NCBI GenBank assembly: GCA_031290775.1
Contig: JAITMX010000114.1
Span: 1 to 44,057, forward strand
Source of the DNA: Eubacteriales Family XIII. Incertae Sedis bacterium
GTDB lineage: Bacteria > Bacillota > Clostridia > Peptostreptococcales > Anaerovoracaceae
Direction of reading: 5' to 3'
DNA: 44,057 nt
Positions within the stretch are counted from its first letter, which is position 1. Each line of letters opens with the position of its first letter. The notes beneath the pieces are model-generated. The model was not told the origin of the DNA, did no database searches, and saw only the letters and a list, made by a program, of their open reading frames with translations. The position numbers and the translations under genes were made by a program. Below are positions 1 to 10,761 of this stretch, one piece after another.

Positions 1-67
1 TATTCGCGATTATATGGCTATTTTACTTGATTTTATCCCATTGCGCAAGCAAATCATTCAATGTGAT

Positions 68-120
68 TAAAAAAATTGCTCGCGATATCCCCTATATTTT
101 AGGGACTTATCGCGAGCAAT
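68..120 (-). terminator. Intrinsic terminator downstream of uvrA
   Basis: Perfect 13-bp inverted repeat ATTGCTCGCGATA (75-87) / TATCGCGAGCAAT (108-120) with further inner pairing. On the minus strand it is followed by a T7 tract (A-run 69-75). Confidence 0.7.
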
Positions 121-140
121 AAAATCTGTGTCGAGTTATG

Positions 141-277
141 CGTCAGACTGTGTGAAAAGTCCGTCATTGCGAGGAGCGCAGCGACGTGGCAATCCAAGAA
201 TGTACGGTTTGCAAAATGTTTTTTTTGATTGCTTCGCTTCGCTCGCAAAGACAGCAGCGTTTTCACACAGTCTGACG
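141..277. repeat. Palindromic repeat element (MITE/RPE-like), copy 1, intergenic
   Basis: Perfect 18-bp terminal inverted repeats CGTCAGACTGTGTGAAAA / TTTTCACACAGTCTGACG enclosing the core GTCATTGCGAG..GCAATCC..GATTGC..CTCGCAAAGAC. Near-identical copy at 5694-5830. Confidence 0.9.
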
Positions 278-320
278 TCCCCCTGACACACCCCGCCCCG
301 GCACACACCTCTGATACGCC

Positions 321-3179
321 CTACCGCAAAATCTTTTTCAAAAACTGCCCGGTATAGGAGCTTTTGATTTTTGCGACTTCCTCGGGCGTGCCCGTCGCGA
401 CAATCCCGCCGCCGCGGTCGCCGCCGTCGGGGCCGAGGTCGATGATGTGGTCGGCGCGCTTGATGACATCGAGGTTGTGCTCGATCACGACGACGGTATT
501 GCCCGCGTCGACCAAACGGTCGAGCACTTCCGTGAGCTTTTCGACATCCGCAAAATGCAGGCCCGTCGTAGGCTCGTCAAGGATGTAAAGCGTCCGGCCC
601 GTGCTGCGCTTGGAAAGCTCGGTCGCGAGTTTGACGCGCTGCGCCTCGCCGCCCGAAAGCTGCGTCGACGGCTGGCCGAGCTTGATGTAGCCGAGGCCGA
701 CATCCGCGAGCGTCACGAGCTGGCGGCCTATGGACGGGATATTTTTGAAAAAACCCAGCGCCTCGTCCACCGTCATATCGAGCACTTCAAAAATATTCTT
801 GCCCTTGTATTTGACCTCGAGTGTCTCGCGGTTGTAGCGTTTGCCTTTGCAAACTTCGCAGGGGACGTAGACATCCGGCAGGAAGTGCATTTCTATTTTG
901 ATGATGCCGTCGCCTTTGCAGGCCTCGCAACGGCCGCCTTTCACGTTGAAGCTGAACCGGCCTTTTTCGTAGCCGCGAACCTTTGCCTCGGGCAGGCTCG
1001 CGAACAAATCGCGGATCGGCGAAAAGAGGCCCGTATAGGTCGCGGGGTTTGAGCGCGGCGTGCGGCCGATGGGCGCCTGGTCGATGTCGATGACTTTGTC
1101 GATATGAGCCTCGCCGTCTATGCCCGCGTGCGGCCCCGGCAGCGCGTGTGCGCGGTTGATGTCGTGGGCGAGCGCCTTGTGCAAAATCTCGTTGACGAGC
1201 GACGACTTGCCCGAGCCGGACACGCCTGTCACGCAGATAAATTTGCCGAGCGGGAAAGCCACGTCGATGTTTTTCAAATTGTTTGCCGCCGCGCCGCGCA
1301 CGACGATCTCGTTTCCGTCCCCGGGGCGGCGCGTCTTGGGCACTTCAATCCGGCGCGCGCCCGACAGAAACTGCCCCGTGATCGAGGCAGGGCAGGCTTT
1401 GATGTCCTCGATCGTGCCTTGCGCGACGATCTCGCCCCCGTGGATGCCGGCGCCGGGGCCGATGTCGACGATGTGGTCGGCGCATTCCATCGTTTCCTCA
1501 TCGTGCTCGACGACGAGCAGGGTATTTCCGAGGTCGGTCAGGTCGCGCAGCGCCCCCAGGAGCTTGACGTTGTCCTTTTGATGAAGGCCGATGCTCGGCT
1601 CGTCGAGGATGTACATGACGCCGACGAGGGCGCTGCCGATTTGCGTCGCGAGGCGAATGCGCTGCGCTTCGCCGCCGGAAAGCGTGCCCGCGCTGCGGGA
1701 GAGCGTCAGATAGTCGAGCCCCACATTGACGAGGAACGAAAAACGCGCGTGGATCTCCTTGAGTATCTGCTTTGCGATGGCGGCGTCCTTTGCGCTGAGC
1801 GAGGGCTCCACATCCGCGATGAATCCGGCGGCCGTGCGCACGCTCATATCGGAAAGCTCGGCGATGTTTTTCCCGCCGACCGTGACGGCGAGCACCTCCG
1901 GCTTGAGCCGCTTGCCGCCGCAGGCGTCGCAGGGCTCGAGCGTCATATACTGCTCCATCTTGTCCTTCATATATTCGGACGATGTCTCGCGGTAACGCCG
2001 CTCAAGGTTGGTCAGCACGCCTTCAAAGGGGTGGTCCATCTGCGAGACCCGTCCCGTCGTGCGGCTCTTGTATGTGTATTTGATATGGCGCCCGCCCGTC
2101 CCGTGCAGGACTTCCCCGCGGAATTTTTCGGGAAGCTCCCCCCATGGCAGCGACAGGTCGACCCGCTGCTCGGCCGCGAGCGCGTCTATCATCTGGCGAT
2201 AAAAGCCGGAATATTCCATGTTCGCAAAAACGCCCGCGAGCGCGCCGCCCGGGACGCTCTTTTCAGGCTGTTTGATGATGAGCGCGGGATCGATCTGCTG
2301 GATGAAGCCGAGGCCGTTGCAGACAGGGCACGCGCCGAAAGGCGAGTTGAACGAAAACATACGCGGCTCAAGCTCCGCGAGGCTGACGCCATGGTCGGGG
2401 CAGGCAAACTTTGTCGAAAAAAGCTTTTCCTCTTCATGGCCTGCCTCGTCCTCGGGATGGGGCCACGCGATGTGCGCGCAGACAAGGCCCTCGCCATGCG
2501 CGAGCGCGGTCTCGACGGATTCCGCAAGGCGGCCGATGACGCCCTCCTTGACAATGATGCGATCGACAACGATCTCGACCGTATGCTTGAGATTTTTGTC
2601 AAGGCTGATTTCGTCCTCCCCGAGCGTCCGCACGGCGCCGTCGACACGGACGCGCGCAAAGCCCTCTTTGCGGATGGTTTCGAGCACCTTTTCATGCGTC
2701 CCTTTGCGCGCGCGCACGACGGGCGCAAGCAGGGTGATGCGCGTCTCCGCAGGGTAGTCCGCGAGGATATCCGCGATCTGGTCTACGGTCTGCGAGGAGA
2801 TCTCGCGGCCGCAGACGGGGCAATGCGGCACGCCGATGCGCGCGTACATGAGGCGCAAATAGTCGTGAATCTCCGTGACGGTGCCGACGGTGGAGCGGGG
2901 GTTGTTGTGCGTCGTCTTTTGGTCGATCGAGATCGCGGGCGAGAGCCCTTCGATCAGCTCGACATCCGGCTTGTCCATACGCCCGAGAAACATCCGCGCG
3001 TATGAGGACAGGCTCTCGACATAGCGCCGCTGCCCCTCCGCGTAAATCGTGTCGAAAGCCAGCGAAGACTTGCCGCTGCCCGACAGCCCCGTCAGCACGA
3101 CAAATTTGTCGCGCGGGATCGTCACGCTGACATGTTTCAGATTGTGCTCGTTCGCGCCTTTTATGATGAGGTCTTTCAT
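321..3179 (-). CDS. uvrA: Excinuclease ABC subunit A
   Basis: Two Walker A motifs ([16 protein letters not shown]), two LSGGEAQR signatures, CxxC zinc fingers, 952 aa. Confidence 0.99.
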   Translation of the reverse strand: MKDLIIKGANEHNLKHVSVTIPRDKFVVLTGLSGSGKSSLAFDTIYAEGQRRYVESLSSYARMFLGRMDKPDVELIEGLSPAISIDQKTTHNNPRSTVGTVTEIHDYLRLMYARIGVPHCPVCGREISSQTVDQIADILADYPAETRITLLAPVVRARKGTHEKVLETIRKEGFARVRVDGAVRTLGEDEISLDKNLKHTVEIVVDRIIVKEGVIGRLAESVETALAHGEGLVCAHIAWPHPEDEAGHEEEKLFSTKFACPDHGVSLAELEPRMFSFNSPFGACPVCNGLGFIQQIDPALIIKQPEKSVPGGALAGVFANMEYSGFYRQMIDALAAEQRVDLSLPWGELPEKFRGEVLHGTGGRHIKYTYKSRTTGRVSQMDHPFEGVLTNLERRYRETSSEYMKDKMEQYMTLEPCDACGGKRLKPEVLAVTVGGKNIAELSDMSVRTAAGFIADVEPSLSAKDAAIAKQILKEIHARFSFLVNVGLDYLTLSRSAGTLSGGEAQRIRLATQIGSALVGVMYILDEPSIGLHQKDNVKLLGALRDLTDLGNTLLVVEHDEETMECADHIVDIGPGAGIHGGEIVAQGTIEDIKACPASITGQFLSGARRIEVPKTRRPGDGNEIVVRGAAANNLKNIDVAFPLGKFICVTGVSGSGKSSLVNEILHKALAHDINRAHALPGPHAGIDGEAHIDKVIDIDQAPIGRTPRSNPATYTGLFSPIRDLFASLPEAKVRGYEKGRFSFNVKGGRCEACKGDGIIKIEMHFLPDVYVPCEVCKGKRYNRETLEVKYKGKNIFEVLDMTVDEALGFFKNIPSIGRQLVTLADVGLGYIKLGQPSTQLSGGEAQRVKLATELSKRSTGRTLYILDEPTTGLHFADVEKLTEVLDRLVDAGNTVVVIEHNLDVIKRADHIIDLGPDGGDRGGGIVATGTPEEVAKIKSSYTGQFLKKILR

Positions 3180-4114
3180 ATCTTCATATCCATTGCCAAC
3201 TGGCTTTGATATGGTTCGTCTATTCGCTGTTTGGCAATCTCACACGTATCATTGGAAATCTCAAATCCGATATAATGCCTGTTTAATTGTTTGGCGGCAA
3301 CGCAGGTAGTTCCGGACCCCGCAAATGGGTCAACGATGATTTGCCCCTCAATTGTCACCAACTCAATAAGGCATTTCATCAATTCAAGCGGTTTTTGCGC
3401 TATATGAGAACCTCTATCCTCGCTTGATGTAGGCACTTGAATAATATTTGCGCATGACAATGCACCCGATGAATGGCTGATATTGTATTTTTGCATAGCT
3501 TTTTCATTCCATGCGCCTATGCCATTTTCGAGAACATTGTCAGCGATTGTACCGCCAATCCTATATGGTTTTTGAAACCACAATACCGGCTCGAACAAAG
3601 GCTGCAGATTTGCCACTCGCCAACCTTTCCATTTGGCATTGTTGAAATCATCCCCGCGCCGCTCATAAATCGCGGATAGCCTCTGTGCGCGGTGTGCCGC
3701 CGTATTCTTCTCCCACGCGATCATGTCTTTGAAAATGAAGCCCGCATCTTCAAGGGCAACAATGCACCGATGGGCGTATCTACGGCCTGCAAAAACAAAG
3801 CATGTCCCGCCTGGCTTAAGGACTCTCAGCCAATCATTCGCCCAAGATGCGCACCAGCCCTGATACTCTTTGGGGATATTCTTATCCGCTGTACTCCATC
3901 CATTCAGCGGTTTGCCCCGTCTTTTATAAATGCCGCCGGACTCTTTTTGCGCGGCGGAAGATCCGCCCAATGCCGTATTCGTGTTGTTGTGAAGCACATC
4001 CCATTCGTCACAATTTATTCCGTACGGAATATCGGAAATAATCGCATGCGCCAGCGCATCCTCAAGCTGTGCCATCATATGAATTGAATCTCCGCAAATG
4101 ATCTGGTCTATCAT
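3176..4114 (-). CDS. Adenine-specific DNA methyltransferase, M.HindIII-like (beta class)
   Basis: Catalytic SDIPYG near the N-terminus, SAM-binding DPFAGSGTT near the C-terminus. The segments [10 protein letters not shown] and WRVANL match my recollection of M.HindIII. Lower GC than flanks; ATGA overlap with the uvrA start. Confidence 0.9.
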   Translation of the reverse strand: MIDQIICGDSIHMMAQLEDALAHAIISDIPYGINCDEWDVLHNNTNTALGGSSAAQKESGGIYKRRGKPLNGWSTADKNIPKEYQGWCASWANDWLRVLKPGGTCFVFAGRRYAHRCIVALEDAGFIFKDMIAWEKNTAAHRAQRLSAIYERRGDDFNNAKWKGWRVANLQPLFEPVLWFQKPYRIGGTIADNVLENGIGAWNEKAMQKYNISHSSGALSCANIIQVPTSSEDRGSHIAQKPLELMKCLIELVTIEGQIIVDPFAGSGTTCVAAKQLNRHYIGFEISNDTCEIAKQRIDEPYQSQLAMDMKI

Positions 4115-4980
4115 TCAAACAAACCTCCTGTTTGCCTTGTTATTTGGCTTATTTTCTCATTGATTTTTTTTGCCCGAATCAATTCATCAATCGCTTGATC
4201 TTTTGACAATCGTCTTATTTTCTCTTTTTGACAGTCCCAATAGGCTTTCTCAACTTCTCCTCGATCAAAGATTTTGTCCCGCTGTTTTTCCAATGCAGAA
4301 ATAAAAGATTCTTTTTTCTCCCCAACGACATCAAGGAATAGGATGTTAAATTCATTGACAAAACAATCTTTGCCCGCAGTTTCAACATTGATCTTGGAAG
4401 AATATATTTTTCCGAAATTCCAAATTGGCGAAAGGTTTACGGTGTTGCTTTCCTTTATCTTATTCGCAAGCAAATAAATCAGGTGTTCCCAACTCAGCAA
4501 ACAGACATTATTGTCAAGGGATTGCCTGTATATTTGGCTGCTCTTTCGCGAATACTGAAAATATGGCGAACACAGAACCGCAAAATCCGCATCTTTCCGC
4601 CAACCTGACAATGCGCCCACTTTGAAATCTTTTTGATTTTTGGCGGTACGGCTCAATCGAAAGGCCTTCGCATCAGCGACAAGGCGATAGCCGTATTGCA
4701 ATGATTTGGCTTCGACGTCAGCAGAATCTGCCCTTTCTGCCAACACACTTGATTGAAGCCCTATTTCCCTAAACGCACGGGCCAATACCGCATCCGATGC
4801 TTTTGAAAAGAGTTTTTCCTCGGTTGAGTCATGGGCAATTGATTCAGGGATTGTGCCAATATCAACAATTAGCTCCATGAAACCGTCTGCCTGGTCAATG
4901 AAGCGTATCAACTCTTCGGAAGCGGAAACAAATCCTTTATTTGATACTTCCTCGATCTTTTTTAACAACTTTTGAAACAT
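4111..4980 (-). CDS. HindIII-family type II restriction endonuclease (probably AAGCTT)
   Basis: EKLFSKASD and ADAKAFRLSRTAKNQKDFKV motifs typical of R.HindIII. ATGA-coupled to the MTase; low GC. Confidence 0.88.
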   Translation of the reverse strand: MFQKLLKKIEEVSNKGFVSASEELIRFIDQADGFMELIVDIGTIPESIAHDSTEEKLFSKASDAVLARAFREIGLQSSVLAERADSADVEAKSLQYGYRLVADAKAFRLSRTAKNQKDFKVGALSGWRKDADFAVLCSPYFQYSRKSSQIYRQSLDNNVCLLSWEHLIYLLANKIKESNTVNLSPIWNFGKIYSSKINVETAGKDCFVNEFNILFLDVVGEKKESFISALEKQRDKIFDRGEVEKAYWDCQKEKIRRLSKDQAIDELIRAKKINEKISQITRQTGGLFE

Positions 4981-5037
4981 ATATGTTCCCTCACAAAAGA
5001 TAGCGATTCCTTTTCAAAACATTGTACGTCAATCCCT

Positions 5038-7182
5038 TCACGCTTTCAAATCCATGATGCGGTCGCGGAGGACGGCCGCGCGTTCAAACTCGAGCCGCGC
5101 GGCGGCCTCTTTCATCTCCTTTTCGAGCCGCCCGATGTATTCCTTTCTTTCTTTATGCGTCATTTCGTTTTTGCTTCGCGCCTCATACCAGACATCCTCG
5201 GCCTCGGCGACCTTTGTGGCCTCGAGGACTTCGCGCACCGCCTTTTCGATTGTCCTCGGCGTGATGCCGTGGGCTTCATTGTAACTCATCTGCACCCGGC
5301 GGCGGCGGTTTGTTTCGTCTATCGCGCTTTGCATCGACGCGCTGACCGTGTCCGCGTACATAATCACTTTGCCGTCGATGTTGCGGGCCGCCCGCCCGAT
5401 TGTCTGGACGAGCGAGGTCTCGTTGCGCAGAAAGCCCTGCTTGTCCGCGTCGAGGATGACGACGCGCGTCACCTCGGGCAGGTCGAGCCCCTCGCGCAGC
5501 AGATTGATGCCGACGAGGACGTCAAAGACACCCGTGCGCAAATCGTGGAGAATCCGCATGCGCTCAAAGGTCAGGATGTCGGAATGCATGTAGCGCACGC
5601 GCAGGCCTGCGGATGCAAGGTATGCCGTGAGGCTCTCGGCCATTTTTTTCGTCAGCACGGTGACAAGCACGCGCCCGCCGGGCAAAACAGCGCCGTCAGG
5701 CTGTGCAAAAAGTCCGTCATTGCGAGGAGCGCAGCGACGCGGCAATCCAAGAATGCCCGGTTCGCAAGATGTCTTTATGGATTGCTTCGCTTCGCTCGCA
5801 AAGACAGCAGCGTTTTCACACAGTCTGCCGTCCCCCTGCCCCCCATTCTGCCCCGTGACGAGGTTGATTTCGCCGATGAGGTCGTCGATCTGGCCTTTGG
5901 TCGGGCGGACCTCTATCACCGGGTCTACCAAACCTGTCGGGCGGATCACCTGCTCGGCGCTGATCCCGCCCGCCGCCTCGCGCTCAAATTCGGCCGGCGT
6001 CGCGCTCGCAAAGACCACTTGCCCGACGAGCGCCCGGAACTCCTCGAATTTCAGCGGGCGGTTGTCGAGCGCCGAAGGCAGCCGAAACCCGTACTCCACG
6101 AGCGCTTCCTTGCGCGACCGGTCCCCCGCGTACATGGCGCGGAGCTGCGGCAGCATCACATGGCTCTCGTCGATGATGACGAGGAAATCCTCGGGGAAAT
6201 AGTCGATGAGCGTATAAGGCCGCGACCCGGGCGCCTGCCCGCTGATGTGCCGCGCGTAATTTTCGATGCCCTTGCAGGTGCCGATCTCGCGCAGCATCTC
6301 CAGATCGTAACGCGTCCGCTGCTCAAGCCGCTGCGCCTCGAGCAGCTTGCCCTGGCCCTTGAAATACGCCAGGCGCCCCTCGAGCTCGTCCTCAATCGTC
6401 TCCACGGCGCGCGCCATCTTTTCGGGCGACGCCACATAGTGCGAGGCTGGGAAGATTGCGATATGGCTCCGCACGCCCGTCACCTCGCCCGTCGCGTAGT
6501 TGATCTCTTTGATCGACTCGATCTCGTCGCCGAAAAGCTCGACACGCACGGGCGCGTCGCCGCCCGCCGGAAAGATGTCGATGATATCGCCGCGCACCCG
6601 GAAATCGCCGCGGTCAAAGCCCATGTCGTTGCGCTTGTACTGGATATCCACAAGCTTGGTCAGAATCTCGCGCCGGTTTTTTCCCATGCCAGGCCTCAGC
6701 GACAGTGTCTGCGTCTTGTAGTCCACCGGCTCGCCGAGGCCGTAGATACAGCTCACGCTCGCGACGATGATGACGTCTTTTCGCTCGCTGATCGACGCCG
6801 TCGCCGAGTGGCGGAGCTTGTCGATTTCCTCGTTGATGTCCGCGTCCTTGTCGATATAGGTATCCGTCGAGGCCACATAGGCTTCGGGCTGGTAGTAGTC
6901 GTAGTACGAAACGAAATACTCGACCGCGTTGCCAGGGAAAAACTCCTTGAACTCGCCGCAGAGCTGCGCGGCCAGCGTCTTGTTGTGGGAAATAATGAGC
7001 GTCGGCTTCTGCACGCGCTCGATGACGTTCGCCATCGTAAAGGTCTTGCCGGACCCGGTGGCGCCGAGCAGGGTCTGGTATTTTTTGCCGCCGCAGATAC
7101 CGGAAACGAGGCCCTCAACCGCCTTGGGCTGGTCCCCCGTCATCCGGTAATCCGATATAAGGTTAAAACGATTCGCGCTCAT
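5038..7182 (-). CDS. uvrB: Excinuclease ABC subunit B, with ~56-aa in-frame insertion
   Basis: [42 protein letters not shown] and a C-terminal UVR domain. Start placed at ATG 7182 (MSANRF). Confidence 0.98.
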   Translation of the reverse strand: MSANRFNLISDYRMTGDQPKAVEGLVSGICGGKKYQTLLGATGSGKTFTMANVIERVQKPTLIISHNKTLAAQLCGEFKEFFPGNAVEYFVSYYDYYQPEAYVASTDTYIDKDADINEEIDKLRHSATASISERKDVIIVASVSCIYGLGEPVDYKTQTLSLRPGMGKNRREILTKLVDIQYKRNDMGFDRGDFRVRGDIIDIFPAGGDAPVRVELFGDEIESIKEINYATGEVTGVRSHIAIFPASHYVASPEKMARAVETIEDELEGRLAYFKGQGKLLEAQRLEQRTRYDLEMLREIGTCKGIENYARHISGQAPGSRPYTLIDYFPEDFLVIIDESHVMLPQLRAMYAGDRSRKEALVEYGFRLPSALDNRPLKFEEFRALVGQVVFASATPAEFEREAAGGISAEQVIRPTGLVDPVIEVRPTKGQIDDLIGEINLVTGQNGGQGDGRLCENAAVFASEAKQSIKTSCEPGILGLPRRCAPRNDGLFAQPDGAVLPGGRVLVTVLTKKMAESLTAYLASAGLRVRYMHSDILTFERMRILHDLRTGVFDVLVGINLLREGLDLPEVTRVVILDADKQGFLRNETSLVQTIGRAARNIDGKVIMYADTVSASMQSAIDETNRRRRVQMSYNEAHGITPRTIEKAVREVLEATKVAEAEDVWYEARSKNEMTHKERKEYIGRLEKEMKEAAARLEFERAAVLRDRIMDLKA
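5694..5830. repeat. Palindromic repeat element copy 2, inside the uvrB coding sequence
   Basis: Same length (137 bp) as copy 1, about 12 mismatches by manual alignment. Read in uvrB as [33 protein letters not shown]. Confidence 0.92.
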
Positions 7183-7219
7183 ATGTTCGTATTTTACAAA
7201 AAAACCGCCGCGTTGTATA
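7177..7219 (-). promoter_or_regulatory. Putative uvrB promoter (TATACA-N17-TAAAAT) with imperfect LexA-like box over the start codon
   Basis: Minus strand reads TATACA-17nt-TAAAAT-ACGAACAT-ATG. CGAACATATGAGC resembles the Firmicute GAAC-N4-GTTC box with 2 mismatches. No Shine-Dalgarno seen. Confidence 0.35.
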
Positions 7220-7256
7220 TAGGGCAATCAGCGAGGGGGATGGCGCCCCTGCCATT

Positions 7257-9431
7257 TCACTTCGGCAGGTAGAGCTTGAGCTTTTCGACAAGGTCTGCAA
7301 ACGACAGCGGCTTTCCGAGGTGGTCATCCATGCCCGCCTGCAGGCACTGCTCGATGTCTTCGCGGAACACGTTGGCCGTCATCGCGATGATCGGTATCGT
7401 CTCTGCCTTTGGATCGTCGATTGCCCGAATCCTGCGTGTCGCCTCGAGGCCATCCATCTCCGGCATCTGCATATCCATGAGGATGAGGTCGTATTTGCCC
7501 GGATCACGCTCGAATTTTTCAACAGCGATCTTGCCGTTTTCCGCAGTTTCAATGCTGACGCCCGACGGCTCGAGCAGGGTCGCGACGATCTCGCGGTTTA
7601 TTTCGACGTCCTCCGCGAGCAGGATGCGGCGCTTCGCAAACTCCCCGTCGTTCAGCTCGCCGTACTCAGAGTCGCCATGTATGAGTTTTTTCGCGCCGAG
7701 GCATTTGTTGATTGCATCCACGACAAGCGACGGGAAGAGCGGTTTTTGAAGGTACTCGTCAACCCCAAAGCGCTTTGCGTCGTCGCCGAGTTCTGAATAG
7801 TCGTAGGCCGAAATCATAACGACGACGGCTTCCCCGCCCGTAAGCTTTTTGATGCGTTTTGTCAGTTCGAGGCCGTTCATGCCCGGCATGCGCCAATCGA
7901 CAAAATAGATATCGAAAAGCTCTCCCTTGTCAATCAGCCCAAGCGCCTGCTCGCCGGTATCGGCGCCGCTGAAAGCAATCCCGTAGCGCTCGCCGATATT
8001 CGCAAAGTATTCAATGATCTCGGACGAGTCGTCAACCACAAGGGCACGGACTTTTGAGAGGTCAACTGACTTTTGGAAAGCCTTGTCAATCGGCGGCTCG
8101 CCTTTTTTCATGTGTACGATGAACGTAAATTTTGAACCCTCGCCTTCGTTGGATTCGACCCAGATGCGGCCGCTCATGCTCTCAACGATGTTTTTTGAGA
8201 TTGCAAGCCCGAGGCCTGTGCCGCCAAACCTGCGCGAAATGCTGCTGTCCGCCTGCTGAAACGAAGTGAATAGCAAAGCCTGCGTTTCCGCGCTCATGCC
8301 GATGCCTGTGTCCGTGACCGAGACCCGGATGCGGCAATCATCAGCGCCGTCCTCCTCAAGCGCAATATCCAGGCGGATCTTGCCGCCTTCCGGCGTGAAT
8401 TTGACCGCATTGGAAAGCAGGTTGAGGATGACCTGCGCAAAACGCTGATTGTCGCCAATCAGGTACTCCGGCAGTTGCGGGTCGGTAATCTCTTCCAGCT
8501 CTTGCTTTTTTCGCTCCATATTGAAGCCGATTGCCGTCGTGACGCGCTCGAGCGTTTTCGCGAGGCCGAAATTTGCGTCAGAAAGCTCAAACTTGCCCGC
8601 CTCGATTTTTGAAATATCGAGCACATCGTTGATGATGCCCAGGAGATGCGTCGATGCGTCCTCGATGCGGTCGAGGCAATAGTCTTTTTTCTCCATCGTC
8701 TCGCTGTCTTTGCCGATTCGCGTCATCCCGATGATGGCATTCATCGGCGTACGGATCTCATGGCTCATATTTGAAAGAAACATCGATTTTGCAATACTCG
8801 CGTCCTCCGCCGCCTCCCGTGCCTCCTCCGCTGCCTCCCGCGCTTCTTCGATGGCTGTGACATCGGTCATGTACATGAGCGATCCGACATATTCATCATA
8901 TTCGCTGCGCATCGGCGTGAAGCTGATGAGGTATTTTCCCAGCCGGCCTTTCCCACCCAGATCGAGCTTTGCCTCAAGTGTGATGGATTCGTTTTTTGCA
9001 ATGGCGGAGTGAAACGCCTTGTCCATGGATTCCGCCCACTCCTCGGAATCCATGGACGAAAAAAGCTCCCTGCCATGCCTTCCGTAGATAACCGACGAAT
9101 CTTCGATGTTCGCTTCCTCGAGAAAATGGTCCGTCGCGTATGCGAGGTGCGCAAATTGGTCAAAAAAGAAAATGTTTTCCGGGCAGTTGCGCAACAAAAG
9201 CCTCATGTAGTTTGCCAACGCCATGTACGCATGCCGTGCGCCCACACTGGCTTGCAGCTTTTTTTCGTAAGCGTTGCGTTCCATATCTATGGACTGTTTG
9301 AGCCGTTTGATCTCACGTTCCGCTTTTTTCAGCTCTTTTCGGAGCGTTTCCGCTGTTCCTTCCGCCGCCGCGTCCGCGATGGCATTCCCGTCTGCCAAGT
9401 CCTGCACTTCCTTCCCCTCTTGTTCTTCCAT
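7257..9431 (-). CDS. Hybrid sensor histidine kinase (coiled coil-PAS-HisKA-HATPase-REC-REC)
   Basis: H-box FLSNMSHEIRTPMN, NLLSNAVKFT, DTGIG, GGTGLGL and two receiver domains (DWRMP, DMQMP). Start moved to ATG 9431 after an AGGGG RBS. Confidence 0.93.
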   Translation of the reverse strand: MEEQEGKEVQDLADGNAIADAAAEGTAETLRKELKKAEREIKRLKQSIDMERNAYEKKLQASVGARHAYMALANYMRLLLRNCPENIFFFDQFAHLAYATDHFLEEANIEDSSVIYGRHGRELFSSMDSEEWAESMDKAFHSAIAKNESITLEAKLDLGGKGRLGKYLISFTPMRSEYDEYVGSLMYMTDVTAIEEAREAAEEAREAAEDASIAKSMFLSNMSHEIRTPMNAIIGMTRIGKDSETMEKKDYCLDRIEDASTHLLGIINDVLDISKIEAGKFELSDANFGLAKTLERVTTAIGFNMERKKQELEEITDPQLPEYLIGDNQRFAQVILNLLSNAVKFTPEGGKIRLDIALEEDGADDCRIRVSVTDTGIGMSAETQALLFTSFQQADSSISRRFGGTGLGLAISKNIVESMSGRIWVESNEGEGSKFTFIVHMKKGEPPIDKAFQKSVDLSKVRALVVDDSSEIIEYFANIGERYGIAFSGADTGEQALGLIDKGELFDIYFVDWRMPGMNGLELTKRIKKLTGGEAVVVMISAYDYSELGDDAKRFGVDEYLQKPLFPSLVVDAINKCLGAKKLIHGDSEYGELNDGEFAKRRILLAEDVEINREIVATLLEPSGVSIETAENGKIAVEKFERDPGKYDLILMDMQMPEMDGLEATRRIRAIDDPKAETIPIIAMTANVFREDIEQCLQAGMDDHLGKPLSFADLVEKLKLYLPK

Positions 9432-9444
9432 TGCCCCTATCGCC

Positions 9445-10590
9445 CTATAGCGCGAGCGCCACGATCGAATAATTGTGAAAACGGTTTTCCGCCGTGCCAT
9501 CCTTGTTTACGACCGGGCAGATCTCCCCGCCCGAATAGGAAACGGCGTGCGGAATGCCGCCAAGCGCGTCCGCGATCCTATGCGCTTCCGCGTCAAAATC
9601 CGGCGCCAACATGAAATACCGGGACACACAGGGGAAAAGCAATACGCAGTCCGGCCTGCCTTCGCTAGCGATTGCCGCCAAAACGTTTTCGTCCGTTTCG
9701 CGGATGCTCTCCGCATCGATCTCCCCAATGGAAAACGTTGTGCCCTCGGGTATCTTGCTTCCAAAACGGACGCCGCCCGCCTCATCGATCCCGTAGATCC
9801 CGAGAGCGACCGCCTGCCGCCCGCTGCCAAAATTGAAAAGGCAAGGCAATTGCGTATAATCCACAGCCTCCTGCGCATTGTATCCAATGCTGTGAAGATA
9901 ATCATAATACGGCATGCCGTTGACCTTTGTGATTGCATAGCCGTTTGACTCGGTGACCGTCGCTTTTTGCGAAATAATATTTTTGTTCGCGATCGAACGC
10001 ATGAAGAAACGCGGTTCCACATTCCCGGAAATAAACAGGACGGCGATTTGGCCTGTTGTTGCGTTTCCGTTTGCAATCACGGCGCCGTCGCCGCCGTCCA
10101 TCGCAATGCCCCCCGCAAGCGTGCCGAAAAGCGGTGTGCCCCCAAGCGCGCCCGAGAGCGCCCCCATGGCCATATCTCCGACGAGGCCTTTGATCATCGG
10201 CTGGTATATGATTCCGACCTTCGCCTTGCCGGAGGCCATGCCGTTCCCGACCGCAGCAACGGCCTCCATCTCTTCTTTCAGATTTTCCGGCGTGAGCGGT
10301 CCCGAGACCGCCACCGCAAACTCCGCGTCGTCCGCCGCCAGCACCGCGATCTGAAGCAGATCCGGATCCATCGCCCCTGCCGCCGACCCAAACGCGGTCG
10401 TGCAGCCAATCACATCGAAAGGCAGCCGCCCGGCCACTGCCGCTGCGACGCCGCTTTCGATATAGTCCGGATGGCAGCCCAACAAGCCTACGGTGTTTGC
10501 GCCGGGGCTTTCTCCCAGTTTCCCAAGGATTTCAGAGACTGCGGCATCTGCGTCATCGATTTCGGTTGTCCAGACATTGATCATTTTCAT
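9445..10590 (-). CDS. FIST (FIST_N + FIST_C, NosP-like) sensory protein
   Basis: VIGCTT, PLFGTLA, CVSR, YSGGEICP and FHNYS motifs; lies directly upstream of the hybrid kinase. Confidence 0.85.
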   Translation of the reverse strand: MKMINVWTTEIDDADAAVSEILGKLGESPGANTVGLLGCHPDYIESGVAAAVAGRLPFDVIGCTTAFGSAAGAMDPDLLQIAVLAADDAEFAVAVSGPLTPENLKEEMEAVAAVGNGMASGKAKVGIIYQPMIKGLVGDMAMGALSGALGGTPLFGTLAGGIAMDGGDGAVIANGNATTGQIAVLFISGNVEPRFFMRSIANKNIISQKATVTESNGYAITKVNGMPYYDYLHSIGYNAQEAVDYTQLPCLFNFGSGRQAVALGIYGIDEAGGVRFGSKIPEGTTFSIGEIDAESIRETDENVLAAIASEGRPDCVLLFPCVSRYFMLAPDFDAEAHRIADALGGIPHAVSYSGGEICPVVNKDGTAENRFHNYSIVALAL

Positions 10591-10761
10591 ATTGCACTTT
10601 CTCCTCGCCCCATCGCTTCATCTTGCTATTGCCAAAATGCGTACTTTATTAGAATTGTACCACAGGATACGCGATATCTTGTTATTCTTACCCACTTTTA
10701 TTGAGTTCAAACAATAGGGAGGGGGATGTGGTAAAATAATCGGCAGGAACGGAGGGCAAGG

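Noticed and set aside
99-308. Small ORFs 99-308, 26333-26698, 26432-26647, 27328-27513 and 39259-39657
   Set aside because: They are translations of the palindromic element (SLRAKRSN / DCFASLAMT-type peptides) with no independent coding evidence.
4974-4989. AACATATATGTT palindrome at the REase start as a LexA box
   Set aside because: Spacing is GAAC-N6, not N4; may be chance in AT-rich DNA.
5680-5855. UvrB insert as an intein or self-splicing intron
   Set aside because: Too short, lacks intein C/S..HN termini and group I/II intron features; explained by the DNA repeat.
2421-6657. Avoidance of AAGCTT as support for R-M specificity
   Set aside because: AAGCTT occurs (e.g. 2421, 6652) and GGNCC is common; depletion cannot be claimed without counting.
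1104-7272. Long plus-strand ORFs (1104-3005, 4972-7272), and similar antisense ORFs at 18565-19977 and 29259-30992
   Set aside because: Antisense shadows of well-supported high-GC genes; no recognisable motifs.
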